64,000 bases of DNA, taken from the NCBI RefSeq assembly GCF_006345805.1, contig NC_043008.1, forward strand, positions 16,368,001 through 16,432,000, given 5' to 3'. The DNA comes from Octopus sinensis. Lineage: Eukaryota. The notes under the pieces are model-generated. The model worked only from the letters and a program-made list of their open reading frames with translations. It made no database searches and had not been told where the DNA came from. Made by a program: the position numbers and the translations under genes. Shown one piece after another: positions 27,516 through 41,794 of this stretch. How positions within the stretch are numbered: position 1 is the first letter of the stretch; every line of letters starts with the position of its first letter.

Positions 27516-29731
27516 GTAAGCAAATGTGATTGGAGCTGAATTAATAAGAAAGGAATACACAAATGTATTTGTGTTCTCATTAATGTTCCCCGGTTTGGAT
27601 TTACAGTTTGTACTACTGACGTTTTACACCCTTCTTCACGAAGATTTCATTGCGGTCTTAAACCAATTTTCTAACAATGTATCTATACGATATCCGTACA
27701 GTCTATTTATTGATGATTCTCGTTCACTACAACACGCTTGTAAAAATATTAATAGAATTTCGTTTTCACTTAAGTCGTCCAAAACCACATTGAATCTATT
27801 CTCCAGGCTTTTGCTTATTTTAGGTTTCAGAGCATCTTGAGCATGAATATTCTTGACTCTTTATACAGTTTGCTATATTACTTATTTTCCTCTGAAAGTA
27901 TGAGGTTTTGTCCCTCATTACGTAAGAATTTCAAAGGTGTATTCATTTAAAGGTTTACCGATAATTAATTGGATACACACATTTAATATAAACTTCACGC
28001 GATGTTTCCGTACGTCTAAACTATTTCATCACTGCATGTGTCCTTTTTTTACCAGCATTAACATTATAAGACCTACTGTTATTTTATCATTAATATCCTC
28101 GGATATCTTAATATTTAAATATTTATTTTATCCCATTTTTTTCGATATTAAAGTGAGAATAATCCTTCTGCATTAATTAGAATACTTCGAAACCTTATTG
28201 ATGCATTTTCCAAATTTATGGAATGTTAATAAAAAAAATGTTATAAACAAGTGAACATTAAAAAAAAATGTCTGATCATCAATGGCCACAATAAATCTTA
28301 CACGTTAGTCATTGAGAAAAAATATATTTCTAACATATGCACAAAATTAAAGAAAAAAATCAGTGTTTATTAAGAGAGATCCTATTGATGATATCAACAC
28401 GAGTATTTGCCTGATACATTTTTTATCTTGAAATTCAAATAGGAATGACGAAGCCATACCTTGCAAAGGAACACAACTAAATACCATGTTGTATTTACTC
28501 CAGCCCCTAACCTATTTTTCCCTCCGCAGCTTTTAAAATTAAAATAATATAAATAAGAAAAACTAATAATAATAATAACATTTATTATTATTATGACTAT
28601 TGTTATAATAATACTCCTGCTGCTGTCATTATTCCATGGTCAATAATAATGTATTTGAAGGCAATTTGTAATGTTTAACATATTTCGTTCATCTTGTTTT
28701 CAAAAAGACGAAGGAAAATATTAACGGTAGCTTTTCAAGACATGTATACAACAATAACAGCAACTTATGAAATACAGAAGACAAAGATAACTTATTATTT
28801 CAGTCCTTTTGTTTTTTTTTTTTCATTCTTTCCATTTTGAATTCGTACTAATTTAATATAGACGTATTATTATCGTCAAAATTATTATATGTTGATAGAT
28901 AAACATATGCAGCGGCTATTTAAAGTGTTTGCCAATACACGGCGCCACTGCAGTATATCAAAATAAACAAACAAAAATAAGTTGAAGGGGAAGTAAAAGA
29001 ATGAAAGTATGGAAGGTGAGTACAGAAATTTGTAGTTTTGTATGTATTTTTTTTCATTGTCTCTTTTTTCTAGTTTTTGAATTTGTTTTTCTTTTTTTTA
29101 TTTTCAGTGTTTTTTTTTTTTTTCTCGAAGTTGTTCAGAATTGGAGTATTGTTCAGAATTTGACTTCCACAGTTCACCCTATTAACAGACACCTTACATC
29201 TCTTTTGGCAGAAATATCATGTATAACAGCTGCTTGTTATCCGAGTCCAGCAAAAACATTACCAAGCAATATATTTATTTATATATTTATTTATTTATTT
29301 ATTTATTTATTTCTGAAGCAACTAATTATAGGCAAATAAATCGTTTAATTGTTTTGTTTCCATTCTTTGTTTTTGCAATGAAATTCGAAGAAAAAAAAAA
29401 ACGAACAGACAATCATCTTCAACTTTGGTTGTTACGTTTCCTTTTTGTTTTCTTTTCTTTTCCATGTAGATGTGGACGAAAATAATTATTTCAGATTAAT
29501 CATATTTACAGGAGACGGTAGCCAAATTTATTTTAAGATGCGTATATATATATATATATATATACACACACATAAATACATACATATACATATATACATA
29601 TATACATATATATGCATATATGTATGTATATACGTATATATATATAATCATACAATTATATTTATATATGTATATATGTATATATATATATATATGGATG
29701 CATATATATATGGAGGCATATATATATATAG

Positions 29732-29778
<47 letters not shown>

Positions 29779-29787
29779 CTATATATG

Positions 29788-29832
<45 letters not shown>

Positions 29833-30626
29833 CATATATACATACATATATATACATAGTCGTAAGCGCGTTTTTTTGTATCTGTGTCTATGTCTGTATG
29901 TCTGTGTGTAATACGTATTTCTGTACATGCGCATGAAGTTATAGACATGTCGTCTAAACGATTGAGTGTATGGCGCTAAAGTGATATGTGCGTGTAGATT
30001 CATGTTAATCGATGCGGCGTGTAAATGTATGCAAGCATGGATGTGTATAAAAGTACATACACATAAATATCTTAACGCAACAATTAGAGATTAGGAAGTG
30101 TTGCTCAATGTTCCCTGAATTGTAGTTAACAGGTTCGTTTAATTCTTGTATTTAAGTTCTTTGATGATGCTATATTTGTAATCTCCCCTTCACGCTTAAT
30201 ATTTTCTTTATATATTTTTCTTCTTCCCCTCCACTTTTTCTTTCGTCTTCCTCTTTTCCTATATTCTTTCTTTTTCTCTCTCTCTCTGCCTCTCTCACTG
30301 TTTAGGTTTCTTCTTTTCTTTCACGCACACAATTTCTCATCAATGCCTTTCAATTAGTATTTTTGGTTGATACCGTCAATTTACGATATTATAGCAAAAT
30401 ATAAACACGTATAATTCAAAGAAAACCTGAGAGTCTCTGGAAATGTGTTTTTGTAGGCCATTTTTGTTTGCAACAACCATTTCATATTTCTTTCAAAGAA
30501 AATTATATGGATTTTAAATTTGCAAAACATTGTCGCATTCTATGGAAAAAACAACAATATTCTTGTGAGGAGCCTGGAAATCGGGCAGAGGCAAAGCAGT
30601 ACATTACCAAAATGTCTGCTTTTAAT

Positions 30627-30742
30627 TTACTCCATATAGAAACAAAGCAATGCAATGAATAAGCTGACAAGCGAAAGCGATAGTCTTCCATTCCATTCTA
30701 ATCTACATTCACCGCTGCCTATATTGGGTGGGAAGAGAGTAC
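30627..30742 (-). CDS. Same gene, terminal coding exon with GPI-anchor-signal-like C-terminus (not in the ORF track)
   Basis: Acceptor TTCAATTTTCTCTTGACAG, phase 1. Reads (G)TLFPPNIGSGECRLEWNGRLSLSLVSLFIALLCFYME*: small residues (GSG), a spacer, a hydrophobic tail, then TAA at 30629-30627. Confidence 0.8.
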
Positions 30743-31414
30743 CTGTCAAGAGAAAATTGAAATAAATTAGCTGTTTGTTTAAACATGATAACATGGACAT
30801 TCAGAACAGAGAAAAGTAATCAGCATTTACATTTTTCAAAGACATTAGTGGTGCGTTTAAAGTGAAATGATGTGATTACAAAATAAGTAACAACTGGCTT
30901 TGCTTCCTTGAAATATTGTCTGAAATGTGTGCAACATTGTGAGAATGTTGAGAGGTGGTATGCTGCTTTATTGTGTGTGGCGGCTATTCAGTGTGGTAAA
31001 TACACCAACACGCAATCGTTTATACCTCCTTCTTTCATCAATTCATCAACTTGCTTGAGGAATGGTTTGACTTCTATGACCTTCTTCGTTCAGTTACTTT
31101 TAAATATTTTTTTGTTTCATGTTCAGCAATACGTCTACGTATTTTACGAGAAATTTCTATTGACAAACTAATAGGATCCGATGTTATTTATTGAAAATAA
31201 GCCATTTTAGCCGGTTGTCTTCCTTTGGCATTGTTCGTAGTTTAACTTCTTCAACTAAACTGTTCTTACTGAAAGTATCATAGGAATAAAAAGAATGAAA
31301 TTACTTCAGGTATAGACTAAAATCGAAGCAAGGTAAACCACACTACCTATAATTTCTTAAATAGCCTCACATTATAATTGCGTCGTTATTAAACTCTGAA
31401 TTACAGCGGTGAGT

Positions 31415-31735
31415 AAAGAAGCTTGGTCTAGCGGTCAGGATAATCACCTTACGATCGTAATGACGTGAGTTCAGTTCTCGGCAACGCATTGTGTCTTGAG
31501 CAAGACACTTTATTTAACGATGCTTCAGCTGACTCAGCTGACAAAAATTAGTAGTACCTTTATTTCAAAGGGCCAGCGTTTTCACACTTTGTATCGCGCT
31601 GAAACTCCCCGAGGACTACGTTAAGGGTAGACGTGTTTCTGAAGTATTCAGCCACTTGCAGATTAATTTCACGTGCTGGCTGTTCCGTTGATCGGATCTA
31701 TTGGAATCCTCGTCGTCGTAACCGACGGAGTGTCA
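31415..31735 (+). mobile_element. SINE family D, diverged
   Basis: Colinear with 35293-35611. Confidence 0.75.
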
Positions 31736-32946
31736 TCATAGCAGCGAATTGTTAGAGTGGCTTTTGATCCGATGCTATGTACTCTGAATTCAAATCCAAC
31801 CGATATCACCTCTCCCTTACATTCTTTCAGAATTTACAAAAATCAAGTAACTGTCAAAGAACTGAGGGTCGATGGAATAGGCTACATCACTTCCTAAATA
31901 TTTCTGGTTTAGTGTCCTTAATTAATAGTCATTATTCAACGGAGTAACTGAAGGTAAAGTGTGTTATTTAATGTGAAGTTTGTTTAAAGAACACCAGTAA
32001 TTATTATTGAGCTCATACATAGCACACTTCTAACACCAATCCACCATAGTTATATACTGCTTTTTTTTAAGAAGTCATTCCGATCCCAAGTCTTTAACTT
32101 TGCATAAACTCCCAGACTGGTGATATGGATATCATTGATAACCGATCTAAATATCTACAGGCGAAAGTCTACTACATACTGCCATGATCAGTGGCATGAT
32201 GCATACAGTGGCATGATCAATGGTATGATGCATACTAAGTCACGTGACACATGATCGGTACATTGGTATGTATGATCAGTTTTATCCTCTGTGATACCCG
32301 TATAATATAAACTATGAATAGTACAAAATGACTTGTAGGATTATATGATATCTGAAAATTGATGGAGAATACCGGAAATATGCAGTTATATTCATTAACA
32401 TAAGACATGATAAAGAGTGTTGCATGATTGATAGTATGATACGTTATGAATAACATGAAGTAGGAAAAACATGTCAATGATTAATAGAGAGGTGTATTTA
32501 TTGTTAGTAATAAAGTCGGTAGTATGATATATAATCACTAGACTGATGTATGATCTAGAGTAGGATATGTAGTCAAAGTTTAAGTGTATGATCATTGAAA
32601 TATGACAGAGTGAACGTCTAATCTTTTACGATATGAATGCTAAAAGAATTATTATAGTCTTTCATATTAAACTGTATACGGCAATTTTAATTATATTTTA
32701 AAATGAATTTTACATGAAACAAACATTATAATCAAACAGATGTATACATGATTGAAACAATTCAGATTCGAAGCGATTCTGTAAGTATTTTTGTATGGAC
32801 TTGAATGTATATTTGTATTAATTTAATGGTGTACTGATATGAAATAGAGTATTTTAAGTTCGTTTATATTCATTGAAATTTTAGTGAAAAGTAGTTTGAA
32901 TATGAACATCTTTTGGTATCATTACATGCAAGAAAAACGTACGTAC

Positions 32947-33129
32947 CACCAAGTCGATGAGGTGATCTGGTGTCATCTGGCGGCGTTGGTATGTCAGATC
33001 TTATATCCGTGCGTGGCGGATAATTCGATTTCCCATTTTTCCTAATTGTAGAATTTTTTTTCTTATCATGATTATGCTTTACATATCCACCTCTAGGTGA
33101 TGAAATTTGTTCTTTCTCTGCAGTTGCAT
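32947..33129 (-). CDS. Same gene, probable stalk/linker exon (not in the ORF track)
   Basis: Acceptor TTCTTTCATTAAATAG and donor G|GTACGT; 183 nt open frame, phase 1-1. Reads (D)ATAEKEQISSPRGGYVKHNHDKKKNSTIRKNGKSNYPPRTDIRSDIPTPPDDTRSPHRLG. It is GC-richer than its flanks; no homology evidence. Confidence 0.75.
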
Positions 33130-34252
33130 CTATTTAATGAAAGAATATTAAAAACACTTATTGAAACAAGTATGTGGATACACACATATATATATATATA
33201 TATATTTAGAATTTGAAATATATGAAAAGCATAGCTAACAAATACGTCAACGTAAATTATAGAAAATGATATGAACATAACAAAAATATTTACTTTCAAT
33301 ATATTACGAACTCTGACAATGTGAACATTCTAATGATATCATTAAGTGAAATATATATGTTTAAGAATACTTGGGTATCTGTTCGCTGGTTATTAAATGT
33401 TGTATATTGTCAAAACAGATAAGACTGTAAAACATATTGTATACATTTATTCAAATTTTGAATCAACTGAATGTAGTTGGAAAGTAACCCTAAATTTTAG
33501 TGCAACTTCAAATATATATTAGGCTGTTCACAGCTTAAGAACCATGTGGTTAAAACTGGAATAAGTTTCTAAACAATTGACATACAGTTATGTATCAGTT
33601 AAATGCGACGATTGAAATTACAGAATCAATATAATGAGAAAGTATAAGAAAAGAGAAGATGTTTCTTTACGATTCTAATGGATAAATGGCATCTAATTAT
33701 TCTATTTATTTGATACAAATTAACTACAATGTACAATAAGATTAATGAGGGTAGAATCCAAGAAGAATAAAGTTCCAATGATGATCCAGGGGGAGTGGTG
33801 GTAAAGTGGTCGGTTCAGGAGAGGTAGCAATTGTCCAAGAAGAAGGTAGGAAGCAAGATGAGAGTCCAAAAGAGGAGGAGGTTCAGTTAAGCACGATCAA
33901 ATTTCGGTGATTACGTGAACGCATGTCATATATGGCTCAAAACAATTCAAAAAAGAAAAACAAAACAAAAACAAAAAAGACAGGTGATGGAACAAGAAAC
34001 TAGGTGTATTAGTTTGACGCTCAGGAAAAACGGACACATCTCTGAAGTTTCGATTTCTTTTCTCGTTTCTTTATTCCTTTCTAAAACTAATACACCTTGA
34101 TTGTTGTTCCCATTTGAACGACATTCTATTTATTCTATGACAAATATGAAAGCTACTCGTTATATCTTTTAGTTCCGATCCCTTTTTTTAAATGAAATTA
34201 TCAATTTATGTTAATAATGAAATAGTAATAGGGCAATACAAACATCACTTAC

Positions 34253-34540
34253 CATACAGAATCATAGTTTCTTGATCTTCGCCTAATATATTCGAAGCCA
34301 CACATGTGTATTCTCCAAAATCATCTTTGTTCAAGTCAATAATGCGAATGCTAAGTGTATAGGAATTTCCAGATTCATCGTAAGGTTCAATCCGATATTT
34401 CCAAGATTTCTTTAGTGTAATTCCATTTCTTTCCCATGACATACCTCCTAAAGGCACGGCAGTTATCATGCAATCCAAAATAGTTTCTTTCCCTCGGATT
34501 TGTCCCATTCGCTTAATTGGTAAGCGTACGTCAGGTAGAA
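34253..34540 (-). CDS. Same gene, exon encoding a complete Ig (I-set-like) domain
   Basis: Acceptor TCTGTTTGTCTTTGCAG and donor G|GTAAGT; 288 nt, phase 1-1. Reads LPDVRLPIKRMGQIRGKETILDCMITAVPLGGMSW...LSIRIIDLNKDDFGEYTCVASNILGEDQETMILY, with the DxGxYxC motif. Confidence 0.95.
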
Positions 34541-35292
34541 CTGCAAAGACAAACAGAGAAATTCCTATTAAACGTCAGCTTTGATCGAGCTTACAGCCCC
34601 ACAGAAAAGGGAGTGTGATCAGGCCTTTGAAAGGAAGCATACCAAGTAAGAGAACCTTCTGCAGGGTTACAGTTTGGTTGCAGAGGATTCCCTGCCAGTC
34701 GGTTCTGAAGATGTTAGGAACTAATGAAATGAGACGAAAAGAGCAAACATGGAAGATACAGCAGGAAGAGGCTATTGCTGATTATGGAGCAAGTGAGAGG
34801 AGTTAAGATGGAAGCCAGGAGAAGATAAGCAGTGATTTGGACTCCTCTGCTGACTCTCGAACGGGAAGGTGAAACACCCAATAATCTTTGGAGACTGACT
34901 GATGACGTCAATTCTTCCTGGATAAAATTCCATTCACTTCGGTGAGAGGAAACGAAGGACCTCCTTCCTGGTGTTATAAATAATATATATTCGTATTCAG
35001 ACTGCATTAAATAAGTTTAAATATGTAGTTTTCTAATAATATTCCGTATTTTGACATTACATATGTCCACTTTTCTATTTGAATACATGTATTAAATACA
35101 AAATACATTCAATCGTCATTCGTTACCTTTGGGATATTGTGAGGCAATTCAGGAAAGAAGTTGAAATCATCTGTTCCGTTTGTGATATAGAACATCCGAC
35201 TGAATACAATCATAAATGTAAAGTGAATATGTGTGTGGGAGTTTGTGTGTGTATGAGTGTATGCATGTATATATATATATATATATATATAG

Positions 35293-35611
35293 TGAGGGCG
35301 CGTGGCTTAGTGGTTAGGGCATTCGGCTCATGATCGTAAGGTTGTGAGTTCGATTCCCGGCGACGCGTTGTGTCCTTGAGCAAGACACTTTATTTCACGT
35401 TGCTCCAGTCCACTCAGCTGGCAAAAATGAGTTGTACTTGTATTTCAAAGGGTCAGCCTTGTCACTCTCTGTGTCACGCTGATAATCCCCGAGAACTACG
35501 TTAAGGGTACACGTGTCTGTGGAATGCTCAGCCATTTGCACGTTAATTTCACGAGCAAGCTGTCCCGTTGATCGTATCAGCTGGGACCCTCGTCGTCGTA
35601 ACCGGCGGAGT
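35293..35611 (+). mobile_element. tRNA-derived CORE-type SINE family D (3' tail shared with family C)
   Basis: Head GGCGCGTGGCTTAGTGGTTAGGGC...GAGTTCGATTCCCG; core TGTCCTTGAGCAAGACACTT; tail TGTATTTCAAAGGG...CGTCGTAACCGGCGGAGT. Confidence 0.88.
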
Positions 35612-35639
35612 CTTTAAATATATATATATATATATATTT

Positions 35640-35840
35640 CAAAATGTGATCGTGTGTACCGCTGGCGATTTTTTTCCCCTGTCTTCCCTTCTCTGGACCT
35701 TTCCTTCTCCTACGAAGAGCTCCTACGAAGAGCTCCGCTCGAAACGTTAGATCCTCCTTCTTTCCTTCTTTCTTGAGCGTCCATTTGTTCCACGTCCTCG
35801 CGTTGTTGAGTTTTTTTGTCTTTTCTTGTTTGCATTAACT
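35640..35840 (+). mobile_element. Penelope-like terminal fragment with a hammerhead stem II remnant, between (TA)n tracts
   Basis: ACGAA-GAGC-TCC-GCTC-GAAACGTTA at 35725-35749; the upstream core is disrupted by a 13 bp tandem duplication. Confidence 0.55.
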
Positions 35841-35989
35841 ATATATATATGTGTGTGTGTGAGTGTGTGTGTTTGTGTGTGTGTGTGTTGTGTGTGTGTG
35901 TGTGTGTGTGTCTGTGTGTGTCTGTGTGTTTGTGTGTATAGTGTCCTAAAGGAATGCAGACACTAGCTTGCAGCCCCTCTAACCCACAT

Positions 35990-36123
35990 CTGGGGAAACT
36001 ACAGTGAGCTATCGCCCAATCTCACCCAACTCTCGTGTCATCAAAGTCGTTGAAAGGGTGGTGAGATCAAGGACAGTTGGCTTCCTGGAGAGACAAAATT
36101 TTCTACGTTGAAACCAGCATGGC
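35990..36123 (+). mobile_element. CR1/Jockey-type LINE reverse-transcriptase fragment
   Basis: Reads SYRPISPNSRVIKVVERVVRSRTVGFLERQNFLR*NQHG (YRPISL...QHGF motif). Confidence 0.75.
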
Positions 36124-36129
36124 TAATAT

Positions 36130-37040
36130 ATAATCTTTTACTTGTTTCTGTTATTAGACGGCGACCTCGCTGGAGCACCTTCTTCAATCTTTTAGTCACA
36201 CAGATCGTCTCAACTACTTACCATTTTATTTCTAAACCTTGTACTTCTACCGGACTCTTTTTGAGGAACTACCAAGGCGCTGATTTAAGCGGACTGCAAG
36301 TATGGTGGTGGTGGTGGGGGGGGGATGCACAAACATAGTCACTGGAAACCTTAGATTTATATTTACAATTATACATATACACAAAAGCACACGAACCCAC
36401 ACAAAGGCACACACCCTCACACATATTTATATAAATATTTACATATATATACAGAAAAATGTGTATGTTACTCTGTGAATGTGTGTATTATTGGATAATA
36501 ATTTGCTCGCAAAGGAAACACCGTCACCTCAAGCAAATTTCATTAACGAGGCGCAAGAAGTGAAATAAAAGTTGATAGATAAACAAAATCATAACGGAAC
36601 GCATTCGTCGTAATATTGTTCCTGTATAAACATCGCCATCGTAAGACGTAGATGTTTTTGTTCACACACCGGATTCTTAAACGATTGTTATTATTTGTAT
36701 CATACTGGACTAGGTTTAAATATGTCGACGCTGGGTAATAGGCATAAAATTATTATAATTTCCAGACTCAACCAGGAATATAACTATTTGTAAACATACT
36801 TTCCATGTGATATGTCTTATCATTCATTTTTTTCCATGCATCGGTCCTTTCGCTGCGATCATACTGGGGCACCTACTTCAAGGTGGTTTTAGTCGAAGGA
36901 ACTGATCTCTTGTAAACGTGGTACATATTGTATTGCTTTCTTATGACGAATCGCTAACTTATGCGGACGTAAACAAACCTACACTCTGTGGCAGCGATGG
37001 TGAGGTGAAAGCAACAATACAGAGGCTCTCACACATAGCT

Positions 37041-37071
<31 letters not shown>

Positions 37072-37210
37072 GGTGTGTGTGTGGTGTGTGTGTGTGTATG
37101 TAGAAAATTCACAAACAAAAAAGACGAAGACAGGTGCAGGTGGTGTAGACAACAAACAGTTGTATTAGTATAACGCTCGGGAAGTGAAAAAATTTTTAAC
37201 GTTTCGAGCC

Positions 37211-37290
<80 letters not shown>

Positions 37291-37575
37291 GAAGGTGATG
37301 GAGAATAAGGATAATGGCAAAACGAAAAAGGAGGACAAAAAGAAGTAGAGGAAGAGGAGGATCCAAGACTGCAGTTCATACAAAGTGACGAACTGTGGAA
37401 TACCCTGTCTGATAATCGGCAACCAAACCTGCTCACCGCGACATATGCAGGTCGGGCTTCTTACAGTTTCTTTCTAACAAATCCACTCACAAGGTGACAC
37501 GCAGTGAGATTAAACAGTCGAGAGGCCCCGTTGTAAGGAAGCAAAGTTTACCACAGAGGAATCCCTGCGCCCGTA
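36130..37575 (-). mobile_element. Diverged SINE A pieces; the second (36830-37575) is interrupted by nested insertions
   Basis: Family A tail motifs at 36135-36340 and 36830-37040, head at 37450-37575. Penelope-like piece ending ...AACGTTTCGAGCC at 37101-37210. Confidence 0.6.
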
Positions 37576-38017
37576 TAGTTCATTTATATATGTAGTTACA
37601 TGTGTTATTGTTATAAATATATAAACACTCAAATATATACATTCATGTGAATGTATATACTTTTTTTGTGTCCATTGCTAAACATTTAACATTTCAAATT
37701 AGTTCAAGGTTCCTTATGCTCTACACATCATTGATCTGCATCCTTTGCTCTCCAGAGAGGAAATTCTACTTGGTACTTTGCCTGGAAAGGAAACAGATTT
37801 GAACATTCGCCAGATCTGTCGAAACGGAAATCAAATGATATTTACTGTGATTTATCAACATTAATTTACCTAACACAAGTATTCTTATCTGAGATACTAT
37901 GTTTATTTTCGTATAAACGAATTACAATAACCCTTTAAATATCGTTTCCCGAGTGCTTCATTCACGCTCAATAAGTTGTACGTCTCACGTTTTCCATATA
38001 GTGGACTTAGGTGATGG

Positions 38018-38315
38018 TGGAAGCACATAGCCTAGTGGTTAGAGCAGCGGACACGCGGTCGAGGGATCGTGAGTTCGAATCTCAGACCGGGCGATGTGTG
38101 TATTTATGAGCGAATACCTAAGCTCCACACGGCTCCGGGAGAAGTTAATGGCGAACTTCTGCTGACTCTTTCGCCACAAATTTTTCTCACTCTTTCCTCC
38201 TGCATCTTACAGCTCACCTGCGACGGACCGGCGTCCCGTCCAGGTGGGGAACCTACACGCCAAGGAAACCGGGAAACCGGCCATTATGAGCCAGAAATGG
38301 CTTGAGAAGGAACAA
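38018..38315 (+). mobile_element. SINE with a family-C-like head and a different (V-domain-like) 3' half, 13 bp TSD
   Basis: TSD ACTTAGGTGATGG at 38005-38017 and 38316-38328. 3' part TGCGACGGACCGGCGTCCCGTCCAGG...GAAACCGGGAAACCGGCC. Confidence 0.85.
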
Positions 38316-38597
38316 ACTTAGGTGATGGGTGTAATCTTAACATTTGGCTACGTCTTAAGCATTGTATTACATTTCTCCAATGATTTAATCATTTCTCCAG
38401 TATTATTAAATCTTTAATCTATTAATCTATAATCCCTATAACCGTCATCAGTATCACTTCATCTCATCAGCATCACTCTATCTCGAACCTCACAATGACA
38501 TTTCTATATAGGCTGCATACATCTAACCGTACCGGCGGGAAACACATTATCCCTGATCGTAGATATCCCAATAACAGCTTCTTCGGCTAACTTCATA

Positions 38598-38765
38598 AGC
38601 ATGTAGGAATGGCTGTGTGGTAAGTAGCTTGCTTACCAACCACATGGTTCCAGGTTCAGTCCCATTGCGTGGCACCTTGATGTAGTCTCTTCTACTATAG
38701 TAGCCTCGGGCTGCCCAAAGCCTTGTGAGTGAATTTGGTAGACGGAAACTGAAAGAAGCCCGTCG

Positions 38766-38804
<39 letters not shown>

Positions 38805-39040
38805 ATGTGTATATGTGTGTGTGTGTGTATGTTTGTGTGTCTGTTTGTTCCCCCAACATCGCTTGACAACCGATACTGGTGTTTTTACGTCCACGTAACT
38901 TAGCGGTTCGGCAAAAGAGACCGATAGAATAAGTACTAGGCTTACAAAGACTAAGTCCCGGGGTCGATTTGCTCGACTAAAGGCGGTGCTCCAGCATGGC
39001 TGCAGTCAAATTATTGAAACAAGTAAAAGAGTAAAAAGAG
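38598..39040 (+). mobile_element. SINE family A, full length
   Basis: Close match to 2039-2478 and 17201-17611. Confidence 0.9.
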
Positions 39041-41707
39041 ACTATGTCCTCCTTTTTCTTCAACTTGTCAGTAGATATTAAGTTCCCGAAAAGCATTTTA
39101 AAAATTCTTGGCGCCTTTTACTTGTGTTCCTCTGGACGGCACAAATTCTAACCCACTAACACTTTCACTTCCCCTAAAGTCTTAACATTTAGACTTTACT
39201 TTAGCATCTACTCTTCATTCGAACTTAAGGCTACCACTCGTCTTTCAGATGGATTTCTCTTTGCACTCGGTTTCTCTCCTTTTCCAAAAGACTAGTGGTG
39301 TAGTCATGGTTATTTAATGAACCTTAGTTACACCAGCCAATTCATGTGTCACATCGAAGACTAAATCTTCGATCAATTCACAGACCCTCCTTTGATTTCT
39401 AGACTCGTAATTTGAAAAAAAGTACATACATAGAGTAAATTAAAAGGTCCAAGCATATTGCATTTTAAGGGGTATTTGGTTGTAAAGAAAAATGCTAAGT
39501 GAAACTGAAATGAGCTGAGACCATTTATCAGTAAACATTTTGAGATGAAAATTAAGAAAGTGAATGGGAGTATATAAACGTGAAATGCATTTCATTGTCG
39601 AGAGCGAAGGTAATTGTTAAGACATCACTTTTGAATGAATATTGGTCTTACTCCATTCTCATGGGATTAACTTTACTTCAACAGCTTTCATCAATAGTTT
39701 TCACTTTGCAATATATTTATTACTAAAATCACTGGCACTTTTGATACCGCCCACGATATTTCTGTTGTTATTGTTTATACTACAACTAGCCTTTTACAGC
39801 TACTCCACTGGCATCTTGCTCATACCAGAAGTGGCATCATGTTATAACGATTACATCTACAACGTCGATTATGTATTAAGAGCTGGTCTATTTTCTCCGC
39901 TAAGACTTATACTTTCGGTGATAGTCAACTCCATACTTTAGCGAACCTGGGTTACTGCCAGAATCTCCCCACTTTTACTCCAAATAAATCCCAACTGGAG
40001 ACCAATGGCTAAATTCCCTTTGATCACCTTTCATTTTCCCATCAACAATATAATATCAGTCATTACTTTCACGGCGTTTCTATTTACAAATTCTTCCATT
40101 TGGTCTGATTCTCCACTTGTCTTTGAAAATGCAAACGCATCCTACAAGAGAAAGTATTACCATCGATCATTTTCCCCATCAGGAAAGCATAGATAATCTG
40201 GAAATTTCTCTGAATTCGTTTCTTTAGCAATATGCTTAAACAATTTAACTATACATTTTAGTACGGCAATTAAAGATTTATATTGTGTTATATTATATTA
40301 TATTATATTATATTATATTATATTATATTATATTATATCATATTTATTTGTCGTAATACTCTTACAATATTCGTCACTTTGCTTTTGCTTTGAAGATTAT
40401 AAATGTTCCGTAATTTCCCATTAATTAAGAAATAATTCATGTATTTCCTGATCAATAAAAGGTTAATGGATAGATTGAGTACAAATTATAAGGACATTAT
40501 ATGATAATAAATGCAGTTAGCAGTAAATGGTTATGTTACTAGTATATTTACGTCCCCATAACTACACCTCTTGGCAGAAGAGACTAATGGAATGGGTACA
40601 GGTTTGAAAACAAATAACAGACAAATAAAAAAGTACTGCGGTTGCTTCATTCAAAATTCTTCGAGGTGCTGCCACATCATGACCACGGTCTAATAAATGA
40701 TACAAGTAAAAGAGAACAGGAGGATAATTCAGAAGGCGAAACGAAATAGCCTAACAAAAGAAGATGAGATCGGCAGCAATTTTCCTTGTGTAATTTCAAT
40801 TTATTTTACTTATGCGACACAACTGCAAATCAGCAAATATTTTATACACTCTTTGTATATCCTCGAGACGAGTGGTTCCGCTTTTATTTCGGATGTGAGG
40901 CGAGAGCGCGGCATTCATAAGCCGCAAAAAAAGAGAAAAAGGCGAATTACCGTATCTGCCATAGCTCCGGGAATTTAAAGAACACATGTATGTTAATTAT
41001 GTGGTATTCGTAATGTTTTGTGCGTGGGTGGGTGTAAAATAGAAAATATTTATTATGTGATAGATACGAAGATACTAACGTATATATTTTCACATATTTG
41101 TCTCATAATAGCCGTTTCGTTTATCATCATTTATAAGACAGTCATAACGTATTTATATATATAAATATATACATGCGTAAAATCTCAAAACACAATGTAA
41201 AAACAACATGGCGTCTTAAATATAAAATCCTGTTTAATTGTGTTTATATTTCAAAAATTACATTTCACTTTATAAACTTAGAACATGAACATTTTATTTG
41301 ATTATATTTCTTGTTAGACAACGAATATTACAAAACATTTCAAAAGAACCTAATAACTTTAGTTTCAAAAGAAAATTGTATAAACACGAATATAGGCGAA
41401 AGGTGTAATAATTTTCTATTGATGCATGTGTTGCTACGTCCTGCATGATATTAGTCAAGAGCACATATATTTTAAGATAATTGTAAGAAAATGGTTACGT
41501 TGCATCTGCTATATGAGATGATTATGTATATTATATAAAAAAGTCATGCAACATAAATGAAGGTAAACAAATACAACTTCAAATAAGTACAGACGGGGGT
41601 AAAATATTTCTAAAACTGACAGAAGACTACAAACCAAATGTATGAAGCTCTGTGTTTGCTACCGTGTATGTGAACACACACACATATACCAATGCCTACA
41701 CACACAC

Positions 41708-41794
<87 letters not shown>

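Noticed and set aside
25492-30003. Many long overlapping ORFs rich in Y/I/H/T/C/V (also 41652-48375, 53781-58733)
   Set aside because: They are translations of (TA)n/(CA)n microsatellites, which lack stops in several frames; not genes.
28200-30626. 3' UTR and poly(A) signal of the Ig gene
   Set aside because: Several minus-strand AATAAA hexamers occur in very AT-rich sequence; the true end cannot be chosen without transcript data.
33770-33900. Pro/Thr-rich minus-strand stretch (ATSPEPTTLPPLPLDH) as an alternative stalk exon
   Set aside because: No suitable AG acceptor or donor seen; 32947-33129 fits splice sites and phase.
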